Source: Trichoplax adhaerens (lineage: Eukaryota; Animalia; Placozoa). From it: a stretch of 64,000 bases of DNA. Positions within the stretch are counted from its first letter, which is position 1; each line of letters opens with the position of its first letter. This document shows positions 38,520 through 52,827 of the stretch, one piece after another. The notes beneath the pieces were generated by a model, which worked only from the letters and a program-made list of their open reading frames with translations, made no database searches and was not told the DNA's origin. Both the position numbers and the translations under genes were made by a program. The stretch is taken from assembly GCF_000150275.1 (NCBI RefSeq), contig NW_002060951.1, positions 2,786,580 to 2,850,579 on the forward strand, read 5' to 3'.

Positions 38520-40673
38520 ATTTTAGATTTTTTTGCCTGTACTGCAATGATAGTGGTAGTAATTTTAAAATGCATGGTAACCATTTCTGCAATACGATAC
38601 AACAGCTGTACAACATAATGCACGCGTGCTAAATTTTTTTGATATGATACTAAGCATATGAATACAAATATTATGCATACGCACTGTATAGTGTAACGTT
38701 CTGTTACTCTCTCACGTCTTAAATTTTTTCATAACTTGTTTTGTATTCGACTAATCCTGAATTAGAATTGTGATATAGTTAGTATACTTGTAAATTTATA
38801 CAAGATGCCAAGATGTTTGTGAATAATTTATACAATGTTATAGATCGTGTAAATGTAGTATAGCCTTTATATCAACAATAGGATTTAAAGTGCATTTACT
38901 GCAAATATACATGTACTGTACATATACTGCAGGTGTATATCATTTTTTAAAGTTGAATATGTGATTTTCATATATTTCTGCGCTTTTATATGTTCATCTG
39001 CTCATTTAATGTGCGATTGGTATAGATTTGTTAACAATAATGCTTATATCACATGATGATTGTACCATGAAACGATAGGCCAGAAATGCAGTTATGTCGA
39101 TATCCTTAACGGCTAGTGGGACAATTATGAAAGCTTTATAATTTTCGTTTCGTCTCCTCACCTCGCTTTAGACAGCAGACGACAGACACATCACGCTTTA
39201 CTTAAGCTATTGTTGACAAGCGAAGTAATGTGTTTTTTTAGAAATTTTTTAAAAGTGCTTTCAAAAATCGAAGAACTTCTTACGATTATATATAATTTAA
39301 TTATATGCCTTTGTTAGGTTCGCATAATACTACTTAAAATTTATTTACTAATCTGCACCCCCCTCGCCTTTCCTAGTCGCTCAAATGATCTTGTACATAT
39401 ATGATGTATATATAGTAAATGGATACTTATATATGTAATACCAATATTGTTAAATATAAGTTTGTCACAGCATGTGTGGAACGATAGTATTATTTAATTA
39501 AATTATGTGTGAAACAACAGATATGATGTGTGGATTGCAATATTTTTGACAAATCTTTATACGAGTAAATTACCAGTACAATAAAAATTATCAAATCAGC
39601 ATTCATAAAACATGATTACGGCGCTTCTGGATTAATGATTCAATTAAATCTTAACTTAGAATTCTAGCAAAGTTATGAATTATAATCTATAATCATGCAT
39701 CTATTGTAACAAACTTTTACTAGTATAGTTATAAGGTATGATAATACCGGTAAAGAAATTTGAAAACGAAGGGGAACAACAAATTAGACGGCTAATGCTG
39801 TATTAATACAGGCAATAGGGGTGTCAATTGCTAAATCTGTGCAATAGCTCGTGATTCTATAAGAATACGCGTTCATGACATAAGAAGTCTGTTAATCTAT
39901 TCGAAATATCAGATTTCATTTCGTATACTCTCATAATGCGGGTTTAATTAACACTTAATTTTTAATGTATCTTATTGAATACTGAATAAGGTAAAAGTGA
40001 AACAATAGCATTTTAATAACGTCAAACAGAATTAAATTACCGAGTTGAGTACTTTTCTTAGTTAGTATTACTAAATATTAAATATTCTGGTGAGATATCT
40101 CAAAATTCCATCCCAATTACAGTAATGTGCTGTTCAATTATAACAATGTCAAAACTAAAAAACCTAGCAGCGATAGATTAACGTATTTAGTTGAACGAGC
40201 GTGATAGCCCAGTTTAGTAAATTAAACAGTACAGTATACTGAAATTACGGGAAATGACAGCCTTTGTTTACAATGCACTGCGATTTTTAAATCCGCAAGT
40301 TCCACTTTAGCAATCAAGCTCACCATCATATTTATGTCTCGCCTGCCCAGATGATAGTTATTATTCAGTTAACAATATTCATAAACCTCTAATTTATTAT
40401 TGAATTATGCACTATCAAAAACTTATGCAACAAATTTATACAGAATATCTGGTAAAGGTAAGGTTATAGATAAAAATGCGATTCTACTTGATAATATACA
40501 GTACAATACAAATATTCAACTGCAAAAGTAAACTGTATACTGTATACGCTATTGCTAGCTGAGATATGTTTGTCAGGCATATAGTGAAAGACTCTGTGAA
40601 GTTTTTACTTATTCTATGGTCACAATGTGTTTTTATACAATATTTAGCAAAGCATTTAGTAAGATGAAAAGGT

Positions 40674-43627
40674 TCATAACAGTTTTTTCTTCTTTTTTTC
40701 TTTCTTTTTCTTTTTCTTTTCACCTTCTTCTTGACGTCTCTGAAAAATAATTTGATATAATTTTCAGAGATCATTAAAATATTAATTAATTGACAAATCT
40801 GTTGGTCAGTTAAAAATTGCTGAGATTAATCTATAACATCAACTAACCAGTTTTTTGTGCCTTTTAATTTCATCTGAAAGGATTTGCATAGGACGTTATG
40901 ATTTGTTATAATATTATAAATGATACAGTCGACATTCAGTAGCAACTACAGTATTATACATTGGGTAATAACTTATATCTCGTTGTTCTTCAGATCAATT
41001 ACCGCAGTACATTAAAAATTTCATTAAACATAAAAAGATGTCAATGTATAATAGAAGATTCTTACCATCAGCTCCAGTATTGTTATGACCATCAACCTTT
41101 AATTCACTATTTATTTCCCGGTGTTTGTGTTTTTTATGCCGGTGTTTTTTTCTATTTGACTGTTGATATTGCATCAAGTACTGGTCAGGAATCTATAGCA
41201 TCGCAAAATCGAGATTTTATCAGTAGCTGTACGATTGGTAGCAACGTAACTTGTCGTAATTCTTTCATGTTTAAGTACATGCCTTGCCGGGCATTAAATG
41301 AAATGCGCTTAAAGAATGGTTGGATAACGGCAATAATTCTCTCCCGCCAATCGGAGGCTTATCAATTAGGCCACTCAGACTATAGAATAATATAGCTTGA
41401 AATTAATCAACCTTAAAACAATTATACTATACCATTTGAATTATCATGGTAGGAGTAATTATTGCAAATAATGAATCTGGTGCAGATACACAGTTTCCAA
41501 CTGTTTTATAAGAGCATTTTTTATACAAAACAGTAACTATCTACCGTAAGTTAGCGTTTACTATAAAAAATTGCAATACGTACCCGGGATCAGCTTTCGT
41601 AACCGGCACGTCTACTCTACCTAAGTAAGATGAAACAAATTTATTTTTATTCGTATGATTCCTAGTAGCAACCGTGTATTTAGGGTAAACAGGTAGAAAT
41701 ATTAGATATAATTGTATCTTAACGAAATACGCATAAAGAATACGAGGCATGAAAAAGTATTTACTAACCTAATACACTTTATTATGAGTCAGCAAAGGTG
41801 TAATTTGACATCAGCATAAAATAGTTATGAACGATTATGTAACTTTGTACAAATAGTACACTGTCAGAAGATCTAATAGTTGTGTACAGAATTTACTACA
41901 CATGAATTACAAATGTAATTTTAACTTAAACTACGAACTAAAACAATTCTCGAATTTCGTAATTAGCAGAGAAGATATTTGCAGTCATACGCTGATGGCT
42001 AGATAATTTATTTAATTTTTTGATATACTATGCTTAAAATAGTATCTTAGAATGAACGTCCTGCTAGAAGAAAATACAGAAGGTACGGAGTAAAGGTGGT
42101 AATCCGGTAACGTTATACAGTATGTACTTTGCTTGGATTACTTAGAGACGTTCCGGCAATGTGAAAATCTATCTCTGTAGCTTAACTATAAAATATGTAC
42201 ACCGCTAAATCAGTAGCACTGTGCACATTAGGGTAAACGTATAATTATATATTATCATTACATGTATTAAATATTACTGGAAGCTTATACAGTATTGTAA
42301 TAAAAGTTTAAAAGTTTTATATTCTAAAGAGGTCCAGAGAATATAAGGTCAAAGGTAACCACAAGTGCGAATACGATGTTTACGGCTATTAAAATACGTT
42401 GTAATTATATACCAATATCATTTATTCACTACTAACATTTACGTCTGATTGTAGATTAATAGCAGCCTGATCTCTCAAGACATTCGAGTACAGTACTACA
42501 ATACACTAAGTGATTAGTCATGATTGCAAATTACGGCAAATCAATTCTTATCCAGAGAATTTTTAAATATTGGAATATTTTATTATTCTACGATTACATC
42601 AGAACTACACGTGTATGCTTGTATTACACATCATAAGTCAAGTTCAGCAAAGAAAATTATTTATGTGTATGATATAATTTAAGTTACTCAATAATAACTC
42701 GTACCATATTAATCTACTGTACAATTGATTTATGTTGATTGATCAGTAACTCCGCATACAATGTACTGTACAGTACGGTATACAGCGTCTTGCTATCATT
42801 CATGATCATGACGACAAATGCAGAATTTATGTAGTGTTATAATCGTATAACAACTGATTAATCATATATAATGATGCGTGGTGCATGTGCGACAAAGTTC
42901 ATTTACTATAATATATGGTTATTAAACTAGTAATACAGACGTGTCGGTTTTTCGTACACAAGTACAGTATTTGCATTTTGCTTTAAATTAACAGTAAATA
43001 CGCAGATAGGCCTCGTTTGAGTCGTTTCCACTAGCTAAAAAGCTACAGTACTGTAATATATAGTAACAATTTTTAAAAAGTTGACGACTAAGTACTGTAA
43101 TTTAATCGCGTCACTATGGAAAGATTTAAGAATCGACAAATTTCGGTGACTACGATAGTGTTTGTATACGATTTTAATAAATTACATTATTTGCTACTCA
43201 CCTGGCAATTCAGGTAAAAATGTACTAAGATTTTCTTTCAGTTTCCTTCCGTGATATTGATTATATATATCGATCAAGTCACATTCAACGATTAAATTTG
43301 ATGCTCCACTCATCTTAGCTGGAACCACTGTAATAGTGATAAATCAATCACCAGTTAAAATTGAATATACAGATATAATTGCGTAAAAAAGTATTTCATA
43401 TTCGTTGCTTGCAGTTTCACTCGCAAGAAATTCTTTATTAACTAATCCACACTACCCAGTGTAATTGCTATCTTTAAAAATGTGCGTTAATATAACCTGC
43501 AAACGAGCGCATGGATACCTGGATTATCACTTAATAAATAAAAGTTGGAAAATTCGTTTCGGTTACGGTCAGGCTTAGATCTTTCAGTACTGTTATCTTT
43601 TTCATGTTCTCCAAAGCCGCTTTCCAT
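40674..43627 (-). CDS. MED19: Mediator subunit 19, multi-exon; 3' exon joins are uncertain
   Basis: FYLLSDNP; MSGASNLI; YHGRKLKENLSTFLPELPGRVDVP; LSGLIDKPPIGG; FHLMPGKIPDQY; KKHRHKKHKH; terminal poly-Lys tract. Confidence 0.88.
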
Positions 43628-43699
43628 GACATAGGGCAAAATTTTCTATTTTTGCAATCTCTAATCTTTACAGTTATGTCGTTTTAGTTAGTTTACTCT

Positions 43700-44205
43700 A
43701 CAGTACTGCTAGTGCGCTTCTCTTCGTTTCAATGAAATGAAATACTGTACTTACTACATGTACCGTACTGTACTGTACAGTACAGTACAGTACATGAATT
43801 AAGCAACACTGGTAAGAATACTGTACAATGCTACAGTACAGTACTGTACTTGTATGGTAGCTGTTAACTAGTCCCTGGTTAAAGATAAAAGGCCCCTCTT
43901 TTCCTTTGTGCACAGTGTACTGTACAAGTGTACAGTACAGTACAGTACAGAATTGTAGAGTGTACTGTACAGTACTATGAAAAGTACTGTACTGTACAGT
44001 ACTGTACGAACAAAAAAATCGCTATCATCTGTGTTACCCGGGTACAGCAATCTTAAGACTGAAAGTGTGCAAAAAGTACTGTACTGTTCGAGCAAAAAAT
44101 CGCTATCATCTGTGTTGCCCGGTTACTGTGTACAGTACAGTACAGTACTGTACAGTACTTTATAAATACCACATGCACGGTACTACAGTACAGTACAGTA
44201 CTACG
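43700..44205. repeat. (GTACW)n array in the MED19/GALM divergent spacer, with a local duplication (about 43980-44047 and 44071-44127)
   Basis: Repeated caaaaaatcgctatcatctgtgttRcccgg embedded in tacagtac/tactgtac runs. Confidence 0.88.
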
Positions 44206-44261
44206 GCGAAGTGATAAATTAAATTTAACCTCCTTAAAGACTGACAGTGTGCGAATTCGTC

Positions 44262-46988
44262 ATGACCTCAATTAGGAAAGAACCAATTTCTTATAACGGC
44301 AAGCAGTTAGAGAGATTCATATTAAAGAATAAATCTCTAGAACTGCACCTTAACTCTTACGGCATTATAATCGAGAAAATTATAGTGACTGACAGGTAAA
44401 GATTTAAGATTAAATTAATTTTATTATCGAAAACTAATTACTGTACAGTGTACAGTACTAGAGCAAACGAGACTGTTACCAATAGTTATTTTAAGTGTGA
44501 GTAAAAGGTGTAAGCCTAACTATGAGGAGGTTATTATAAATTGTAATATTATAGATTAGATTACAGTATATTCTTATGAAGACTTCACAATACCATACTG
44601 CACATGCCGTTTTCATAAACAGTAAACAAAACTCTTTTTTTTACAGAGAAGGAAATTCAATCGATGTTGCTTTAGGTTATGACGGAATTGAAGGTCTGTT
44701 GTTGTAATGACTGGGTTTTTAGCTTAATGTACTATATACTAGCCGCCATCTAAAATTACTTTATTAAGCACAATCGACTGTTTATGTCGCATAGTGCTTT
44801 TGTTTTCGGATTTCGGAGGGAATAAGAAGGAAGTTGCGAAACACTGATATTTTGCTTTATATTACTATTACAACCTTAAAGCATATTGCTATTGTACAGT
44901 AGTAAATCAAAATAGTAGATAGGCCATGATGTACAATTTCGGGTTAGTTAACATACAAAAGTATAGTAAGTACGCGTATGTGCACTCTGATGTAATTCAC
45001 TGCTATCTATAGTAGAGTTATAACACTAGACAGTAGACTGATATTAATAATAATACCTTAATATCTTTATATTGCATAGTAATTTTGTCCGCAATACAAT
45101 AAGTCGGAAATGCACCTATATACTTTTAATTTTGGGTTTTTAGGTTACTGTAAGGACAACGTATATTTGGGTTGCGTGGTCGGTCGCGTAGCTAACCGAA
45201 TTGCTAAGGGCCAGTTTACCTTAGATAATAAACAATATCAACTTGCTGTTAATAATGGACCGAATCATCTCCACGGAGGGCCTAATGGATTTAGTAAGGT
45301 CTGTATACTTGTAGGGCTGTAAGACAAAACCGTTCCAGACATTTTGTACATTCTAGATATCTTTCCATTGTACTGTATTTCGAAAAAAATTGCATTGTGG
45401 TAATACTATCTGTATAGTACCGTAAATAACCCAAAAATAAGATCAAATCTGCAGCAACAATGCTTGCACTGATCATGGTAAACGCTCTTACGAAAATATC
45501 GAAGAAGCGATAGGCATTTAGAAGAAAAAAGTTGTTTTTAAGATCTGTAAGACTCTGTAAAAGATACTTTCGCATTAACTTACAACTTTATCAATGGAAA
45601 GATATAATTAACTTCTCGCTTCGGTATAAAATCTCTGCGTCAATCATATAGAGCTTGATCATTAAGAATTAACTTAAAATGTCTATAACTAATGCAAAGA
45701 TTACGTACGTTCTAGATATTTCTTTCTGAGACACAGCTAAATAATCGTCATAAAATAAAATAAATATTTTACTAGGCGATCTGGAGTGCAGAGCAATCAA
45801 CAAACGATAGCGTAACATTTAAGTATGTGAGTGTCGATGGTGAAGAGAGTTATCCTGGTCAGGTGTCAGTAACAGTTACATGTACACTAAGAGGAAGTGA
45901 AATTATCTTGGATTATGCAGCTACGTCATTAGAACCGACCCCAATTAATTTGACCAATCATACCTACTTTAATCTTGGTGGCCACGTAAGCTTTCCGTCG
46001 ATCGTTAAAGAATTTGCGGATATTTAATTTAAACAGAGACATGTCATATATGATACTTATCTTAGGATTCCGGAGATATAAGAAATCACATCATACAAAT
46101 TAATAGCGAGTATTATACTCCTTTGGATGATGTGCAAATTCCTACTGGTAATTACAGTACAGTACAGTAGTTATATATGCGGATGAATTTTTGATTATGT
46201 GTATAATAACATATAAGTGAAAGTATTTGAATTTTTTAATATAAAGGTGAAATTACTTCGGTTAAGGGAACTCCTTTTGATTTCATGTCACCTAAGCCAA
46301 TTGGTAAAAATATGCCCGAAGGTGGATACGATCATAACTTTTGCTTGGCAGAGTGTACAGGACCTTGTATTAGGTAAAATAGTGCATTGTATAAAGCTGA
46401 ACTTTCTTAAATCAGTACAGTAAAATTGCTTCTGAATACTTCAAGATCTATTAAGGTATGACTTTCCATCAATATATTGAATACAGTTTAGTACGTAATT
46501 AAATTGATACAATCAATGTTTTAGACTAGCATAATTACTTATGCTGCTTTGCTTAATCTACAATTTCAACTAAACCCGAAGATCATTTGTAAATTTTACA
46601 AAAAATAAATACGTTCACTTTAACGTAGGGTAACTGAACCAAACAGTGGGCGCATATTAGAAGTTTTTACAAATCAACCAGGAGTGCAATTCTATACTGC
46701 TAACTACCTAAATGGTATTGAGGGTAAGGGTGGTGCAGTATATAATAAGCATTCTGGATTTTGTTTGGAAACACAAAACTATCCGAATGCAATCAATCAG
46801 GTAATGTAAAACAAGGGAATTTTCTTATTTGACCATAATCCGCTAAAGTGCCTCATAGCTTACAAAACTAAGTTAGAGGTAAACAGGCTTGTTATCTTTT
46901 TTAGGACAACTTTCCTTCGTGTGTGATCCGACCTGGAGGACCTGATTACAAACATCGCACCGTTTATAAATTTTGCAACATAAATTAA
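44262..46988 (+). CDS. GALM: Aldose 1-epimerase (galactose mutarotase), multi-exon
   Basis: DVALGYD; YLGCVVGRVANRIAKGQF; NNGPNHLHGG; DGEESYPG; TPINLTNHTYFNLGG; GGYDHNF; TNQPGVQFYTANYL; GFCLETQNYPNAINQ; TAA at 46986-46988. Confidence 0.96.
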
Positions 46989-47437
46989 TGGTCATCAGAC
47001 TGCATTTTACAACACTCTCATAAAATACCCATGACTAGAATTCTATATTTTCATTACACTTTATCTAGTAAATAGTAAATCGTCCTTCATTATTTGTAGA
47101 TGCGTAAAGAACTGTTTACAGAGAACTTTCTATACCATTTATATCAAAATGAGTAAAAAATACTTTCTGACTTTAATTTTGAATTCGTGTTAAGAATGAC
47201 GACAAAAGTATTGATAAGATTCTAAGTAAAACAATTACCATAACGTTGCAATATTTTTATGAAGTGCCACTTTTTTGATAGAAGATTCAAAGTGGGAAAT
47301 ATGAGTTAATAAATAAGAATAGAGTTGACGATACTGTCATAAAATTAGTTAGTTTGAAGAATTATGGACATTTTTACATTTTAAAGTGATTCTAGTTCCT
47401 GTAATTGTTAAATCTGAATTATGATTTCTCATGTGGT

Positions 47438-50400
47438 CTATCCGTTATTTTTTAGGCAAACACTGCACGCCCAACGACCTAATAAGACATTATATACAAT
47501 AGAATTATTTCTTTTGCAATAACATTAAAAGATAAAACTAGATAATTTTTGATAATGATGTTGTCTATCGTATAAATTTCTTAATAGTCAATACCTTCAG
47601 GTGGATGATCAATAGGTGGACTAAGACAATACATATGATAACCTCTATCACAGTCATCACAGAATAGAAGCTTATCCTGTAAAATTTAGAAACAGTTACC
47701 GCGAAATATTTTAAATATGACGGCTCTTTCACAACCCCTGCCATAAAATTATCACTTACATCATTATCAGAAGTACCACAGATACTGCATGATTTACACT
47801 CAATGCACTGCCACGCGTACATCAAAACGGTATCAGTTAGAGAAGGAGTAAATTTTAAACAAGATGGATGACCTATTATAGAATTTTATAAATGTTATGA
47901 GATACAATATAATAACCCTCAACGTCCGTTTTCACATAAAGAATGATTGAAACCTGATCTGCCACAATCGGCACAAGAAATCAAACGTTCTGATTGTCCA
48001 GTCTTTTTATTTAGGTTAACGTCACCAAGACAAAAGTCACAGTAGCGATTTGATTCTACACTAGTAGAGACAGATGACATGATCTTTGCTATCTTTGGCG
48101 GCCGTCCGGATTCGCGAGTAATCTTGATTTTGGACAGATTCTGAATATTATGCGCATGAATATAATGATATTTTAATCCAGGTGGATTCTTGTATCTACG
48201 TCCACACACTAACAAATCATTATATAGGCGCAATAAAACAGTGAATACTTTCATTAGTAGCAACCACAAAAAAATGCACCTACACGTAGATTAACAAAAC
48301 CAATATTCGAAAAGCTTAAAAATTATCATCTAATAGAAAAAGTGCCTTATATAATTATTACAGTCACAGGCGTATGGTTTTTCGTCGATATTTGCGTCCA
48401 TTTGATAAATTTGGTCGTTAAGTTTATGATTCAAAGCTTTTCCCTAAAACATCGGAAGTACTTGCAGGTTATATATTTGTCGGAAACGATACCGTAGAAG
48501 CTATTGTTTCAGAAACTATATTTACCGTAAGTATATTACATAGTTAGATAAAGAATTAAAATCAAAATATAATATCGTATCTATCACTATACAGTGTTGG
48601 ACCTGATAGCTGGGCAATAATATTTTAATTTTTGTTACGACATGTTTATTCCATATTTTATAAGCTACAGTAATCAAAGGACTCATTGAGCTGCTGCAGG
48701 TTACCTTTTTCAAATTATTTCGTTCTCTTGTAGGCACTATAGTAGAATCATCTTCTAAGGTGTCATTAACTGTAACCTTTTCTGCTACATTAATAAGATC
48801 AGAACTATCGAATTCATCGGTTTCATCGTCAACGTCACTAAATAAATGGGGAATACAAAAAATTTTAGACAAGATACTCATTATATGCATGACGTCCCAG
48901 TTCCAGGCCGTCACTAACCCTATCGAGGTCGCTTTAAGCAATTTCAGTAGCAATTTACGCAAAATTTCATGAGGATTACCAAATACTCATCCCACTGATT
49001 ATAATTATAGATCAAAAAAAACTTTGGATCATCTCTGTATCAGACTTAAAATGTTGCTAGGCTACAGTATTATATTTATATACCTGTTATTTTCACTCTT
49101 CACTTTTTCAATACCAGTGATCTTACTTCCGGTATTACTATCTGCAGGAACTAAAACAATAATTTATTAATTTCTGATGCACCTTCTTTTCTCTGAATAT
49201 ACGCTGAGCGATATAATCCTCTTTTACAAGCTATTAATTCATAGTTTAATACAATTCAGAAATGCTAAGTAACTTGGTATGCCATATTCAACACCGAAAG
49301 AGTGAGATCGACACCAAGGTAAGGAATACATAGTATCATATACTGTAATAATCAAAGTATAAGTGCTATAATAGAATCAACATTAAGAAAACCCACAGTA
49401 TCCTTGATTATCAAAACTCTTCCGAGCTCTGTTACATTACTTTTGTATTGTAGATGCAAATTTTAGTCACAGTCATAAGGTAATAGATGACAGTGAGCGA
49501 CTATTAATTTAGGAGTCAAGATTAGCTGTAGCCACGCGTAATTATACTATTTTAATAGATGTTTCGGAGGAACTATCAAATCACAATACATTACATCAAA
49601 AAAGAGCGATTAGTAAACAGTTACTTTATATGATTCGATAGATCGAGCATTTTTACAGCTGGTAATGTCAAAATACTCTAACTTTTATAAAAATCACGTC
49701 ATATAAACTGCGACTGTCATCAAATAGAGCAAGAATTCTAATATACATAATATACTTTACTCAAGAGGAGCTACAGGCAATACGCGCATTTCTACAGTAT
49801 AACACTACGTAATACGCAATGATTATCGTATTGCATACGTACGTACTAGAGTAATATTGAGTAACACACAGCAGTGTTTAACACCTTCTCATCTTATTCA
49901 CTTCAAAATCCGAAATTGTTTCCTATATAAGCTGTTTTAGATCATAAATGGATTTAATTTACTATTTTACATGTGTATTTGTACTGTATTTAGTGTTGTG
50001 GGATTGTCGCTGAATAAGATATAAGGACTGTTTTCCTACTTTGAGTAGTCTATGCAGCATGCAACCTGAAATTAGAGGAAAGTTTATTATTCACGCATTG
50101 CCATATTTTATGCATATAACGATGCGTGCTATGTGTTGAGGTATTGCATGAATATTAATATTAAAAAGGCTCACAAGAAAATGCCTTAATTCCGGTTTCA
50201 AGTTCACTTGAACGATAGCGCAAAGTATAGCACGATAGATCCAAGACTGAATTACCTGAAGCATCTAACTGTTGTTGTTCGATTGTTTCGTTGTCCTCAA
50301 GTTTCTTACGTCTATATCGCACAGCCGTATAACTGTAAATTTGGCCGGATTCGATTCCTTTGTGCCTTTGCTTTGATGTCATCCATAAGTAGCAAGGCCT

Positions 50401-51089
50401 TTGTTCAGTTGCAGTATGAGTATCAAAGTAAGGAAGTCGAGATTGTCGATTACGAGATAATGTGACGTTATAGGTTGCAGCAACTTCAATGACCTCACGG
50501 TATGGATCTCTACGGTAAAATTTTAAGAGGTTTGTAAATCAAATTTTATTTTGAATTTCTGAATTACCAATAATCGGTACAGGATTCTAGTGAACAAATC
50601 AATCAATTATCTTTGTAATCCACTTGTGATTACGTTATCTCTACAATTAAACCGTATACTACTGTGGTAATTTGTGAGGTCGAATTCCGCTCGTGAAACG
50701 AATATGCTGTAGTTATTGTACCGTATGCTATCATAGCGTAAAGTACAACTTAAAAAAATTCAATTTTTAAGTTAAACTGTACTTCGTAAAAACAAGCGTA
50801 TCATTCTACTTGTTGTACTGTACTCCTCAATTATAATTATTATAAGACAAAGAAACTCTGATCGTCTGTGGAAAGTTACAGTACTGTACGGTATACGCGT
50901 AGTAGATATAATTTGCTAAATGAAGGTTTCTGCTCTTCTTAAAAATCAAAAATCAAATTTACGCGGATCACGCATACTTATTCACTTATTTATCGCGTTT
51001 ATTATACAATTATAATTATCCATAAGTTACAGCAAAGATAACCTGGCAGAAAATGCTTTACCACTTGCTATCCTTTTCAAGGAACTCAT
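47438..51089 (-). CDS. DPF/requiem (d4) family double-PHD finger protein (BAF complex subunit)
   Basis: Requiem N-terminal domain ([26 protein letters not shown]); C2H2 [19 protein letters not shown]; PHD1 YCDFCLG...[13 protein letters not shown]; PHD2 [13 protein letters not shown]...[16 protein letters not shown]...WACSVC. Confidence 0.93.
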
Positions 51090-51144
51090 TCTCCCGGTAC
51101 TGTAGTTGATTTTCTAACAGAAATAATGTGCGCAGTTCGCCAAA

Positions 51145-51655
51145 TACCTACAGTACAGTACAGTACAGTACCGTACAGTACTGGGCAGCAGTGTACTGTA
51201 CAGTACAGTACCGTACAGTACTGGGCAGCAGTGTACTGTACAGTACAGTATGACGACTCGACGAAAACACACTCTATCAAATTACAGTACTGATTTCTGT
51301 ACCGTACTGTACAGTACAATACTGTACAGTACAGTATACTGTAGTACTGTACACTGTACAGTATCAGTCTTTGCCGACGTTTGCAGGATTACTGTACAGT
51401 ACTGTACTGTACAGTACAGTATCATCAACTTCTGTACTGTAAGAACTGTACAAGACTCCTAGAATAATGTATCATTGTTTAAGCTATTTACGCTGAGTAT
51501 CTGAGTAATCGGAGTTATTATGGCTGGGCCTACTGTACAGTAACAGCGGAATTACAGTACTGTACTAACGAAAAAGTAATGAACCTTTCTTGTTGCTGTA
51601 CTGTACCCTCTTTTCTTTTGCTCCATGCAAAATGCAGCAGTAGCAGTACTGTACA
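51145..51655. repeat. (GTACW)n array in the DPF/GPANK1 divergent spacer, with an exact 40-bp tandem duplication (51161-51250)
   Basis: cagtacagtaccgtacagtactgggcagcagtgtactgta x2.25. Confidence 0.9.
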
Positions 51656-51699
51656 ATTAAAAATGAAATAATCCGTCTCGGTGAAATCTTTCTGAAAAA

Positions 51700-52827
51700 A
51701 TGAGTACAAATTCCGATTTAATCAAAAAAGCTGGCATCACTTACAAGAATTTTGTTCCCGAATGTAAGCCAAGGAATCGCTTTGCTGATTCATTATCCAA
51801 CGACGCTCCAGTTACGAAAGAATTGTTAGGTAATAAAATACGAAATTTTTACTTAGAAACCGTTGCGACAAACCCAGAATGTGAAGATCAAAACTCTCTT
51901 AATTCCTTCTCTCAAGTACCCAAACCCACATCAGTAACAAACTTTAACAATTTCGATCCTCAAACTTCAATCCAAGAAACAAACGTACCAAATACCCCTA
52001 CAAACCATTTAAAATCAACTCAATATGCTGAACGGATTAGCATTCATACAATATTTAAGTACGCAGAAAAAGGAAAGCTAAGTAGGCTAAAAACAGCTTT
52101 ACAATCTGGAATGTTCAATGTTAATGTAAGAGATAACTTTTCTTGGACCTTACTCATGAGTAGTTCTTACAATGGTCAAGAAGAAGTTACTTTATTCCTT
52201 TTAAGCATGAAGATCGATGTCGAAGCAAGAAATCGTCGGGGACAAACGGCATATGATTTAGCTTTACTCTCAAGCAACCATAAGATTGCTGAACTGATTA
52301 GAAACTCTGCTATCGCGAAAAACAACTCATTGTCAAGGGATTATAATTATGGTAGCAGTTCCAATCACTCACTGACTATTCCTTCGTCAATCAATCAAAA
52401 GAAATGGTGCAATGTCTGTAACAAAGAATTATCGTTGTCTTATGCAAGTAAGATACAAGATGATCACGCCTATTCAACAACGCATTTATTTAATGTTCAA
52501 GATAAAATTAAACTTCAAACTAGTTACGCTATTCCGAGTAGTAGCATTGGCTATAAACTTATGCTAAAGAGCGGATGGAAAACGAATAAAGGATTAGGAA
52601 AGCATGGAAATGGTAGAAAGTATCCGATTAAGACTGCTCTAAAGAACGATAGGAAAGGAATTGGTGCAAGCAAAAGGCCAACTGTTAAAGTGACTCATTT
52701 TAAAGCATTTGACACAAACATACTAGACAAACCCTGCAACAAATTTATAAATATGAAGATTAGAACACAAGAATTAAAAGAAGAGAGAACATGGGAGAAG
52801 GCAATGATTAGGCAACTTAAATCATAA
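51700..52827 (+). CDS. GPANK1: G-patch and ankyrin-repeat protein, single exon
   Basis: Ankyrin repeats (VNVRDNFSWTLLM; RNRRGQTAYDLA); CNVC...HAYSTTHLF zinc-finger-like motif; G-patch SSIGYKLMLKSGWKTNKGLGKHGNGRKYPI...DRKGIG; VTHF. Confidence 0.9.
   Translation: MSTNSDLIKKAGITYKNFVPECKPRNRFADSLSNDAPVTKELLGNKIRNFYLETVATNPECEDQNSLNSFSQVPKPTSVTNFNNFDPQTSIQETNVPNTPTNHLKSTQYAERISIHTIFKYAEKGKLSRLKTALQSGMFNVNVRDNFSWTLLMSSSYNGQEEVTLFLLSMKIDVEARNRRGQTAYDLALLSSNHKIAELIRNSAIAKNNSLSRDYNYGSSSNHSLTIPSSINQKKWCNVCNKELSLSYASKIQDDHAYSTTHLFNVQDKIKLQTSYAIPSSSIGYKLMLKSGWKTNKGLGKHGNGRKYPIKTALKNDRKGIGASKRPTVKVTHFKAFDTNILDKPCNKFINMKIRTQELKEERTWEKAMIRQLKS

Noticed and set aside
43512-43519. MED19 intron-1 donor gtatccat resembling a U12 donor
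   Set aside because: It deviates from GTATCCTT and I saw no TCCTTAAC branch site near the acceptor.
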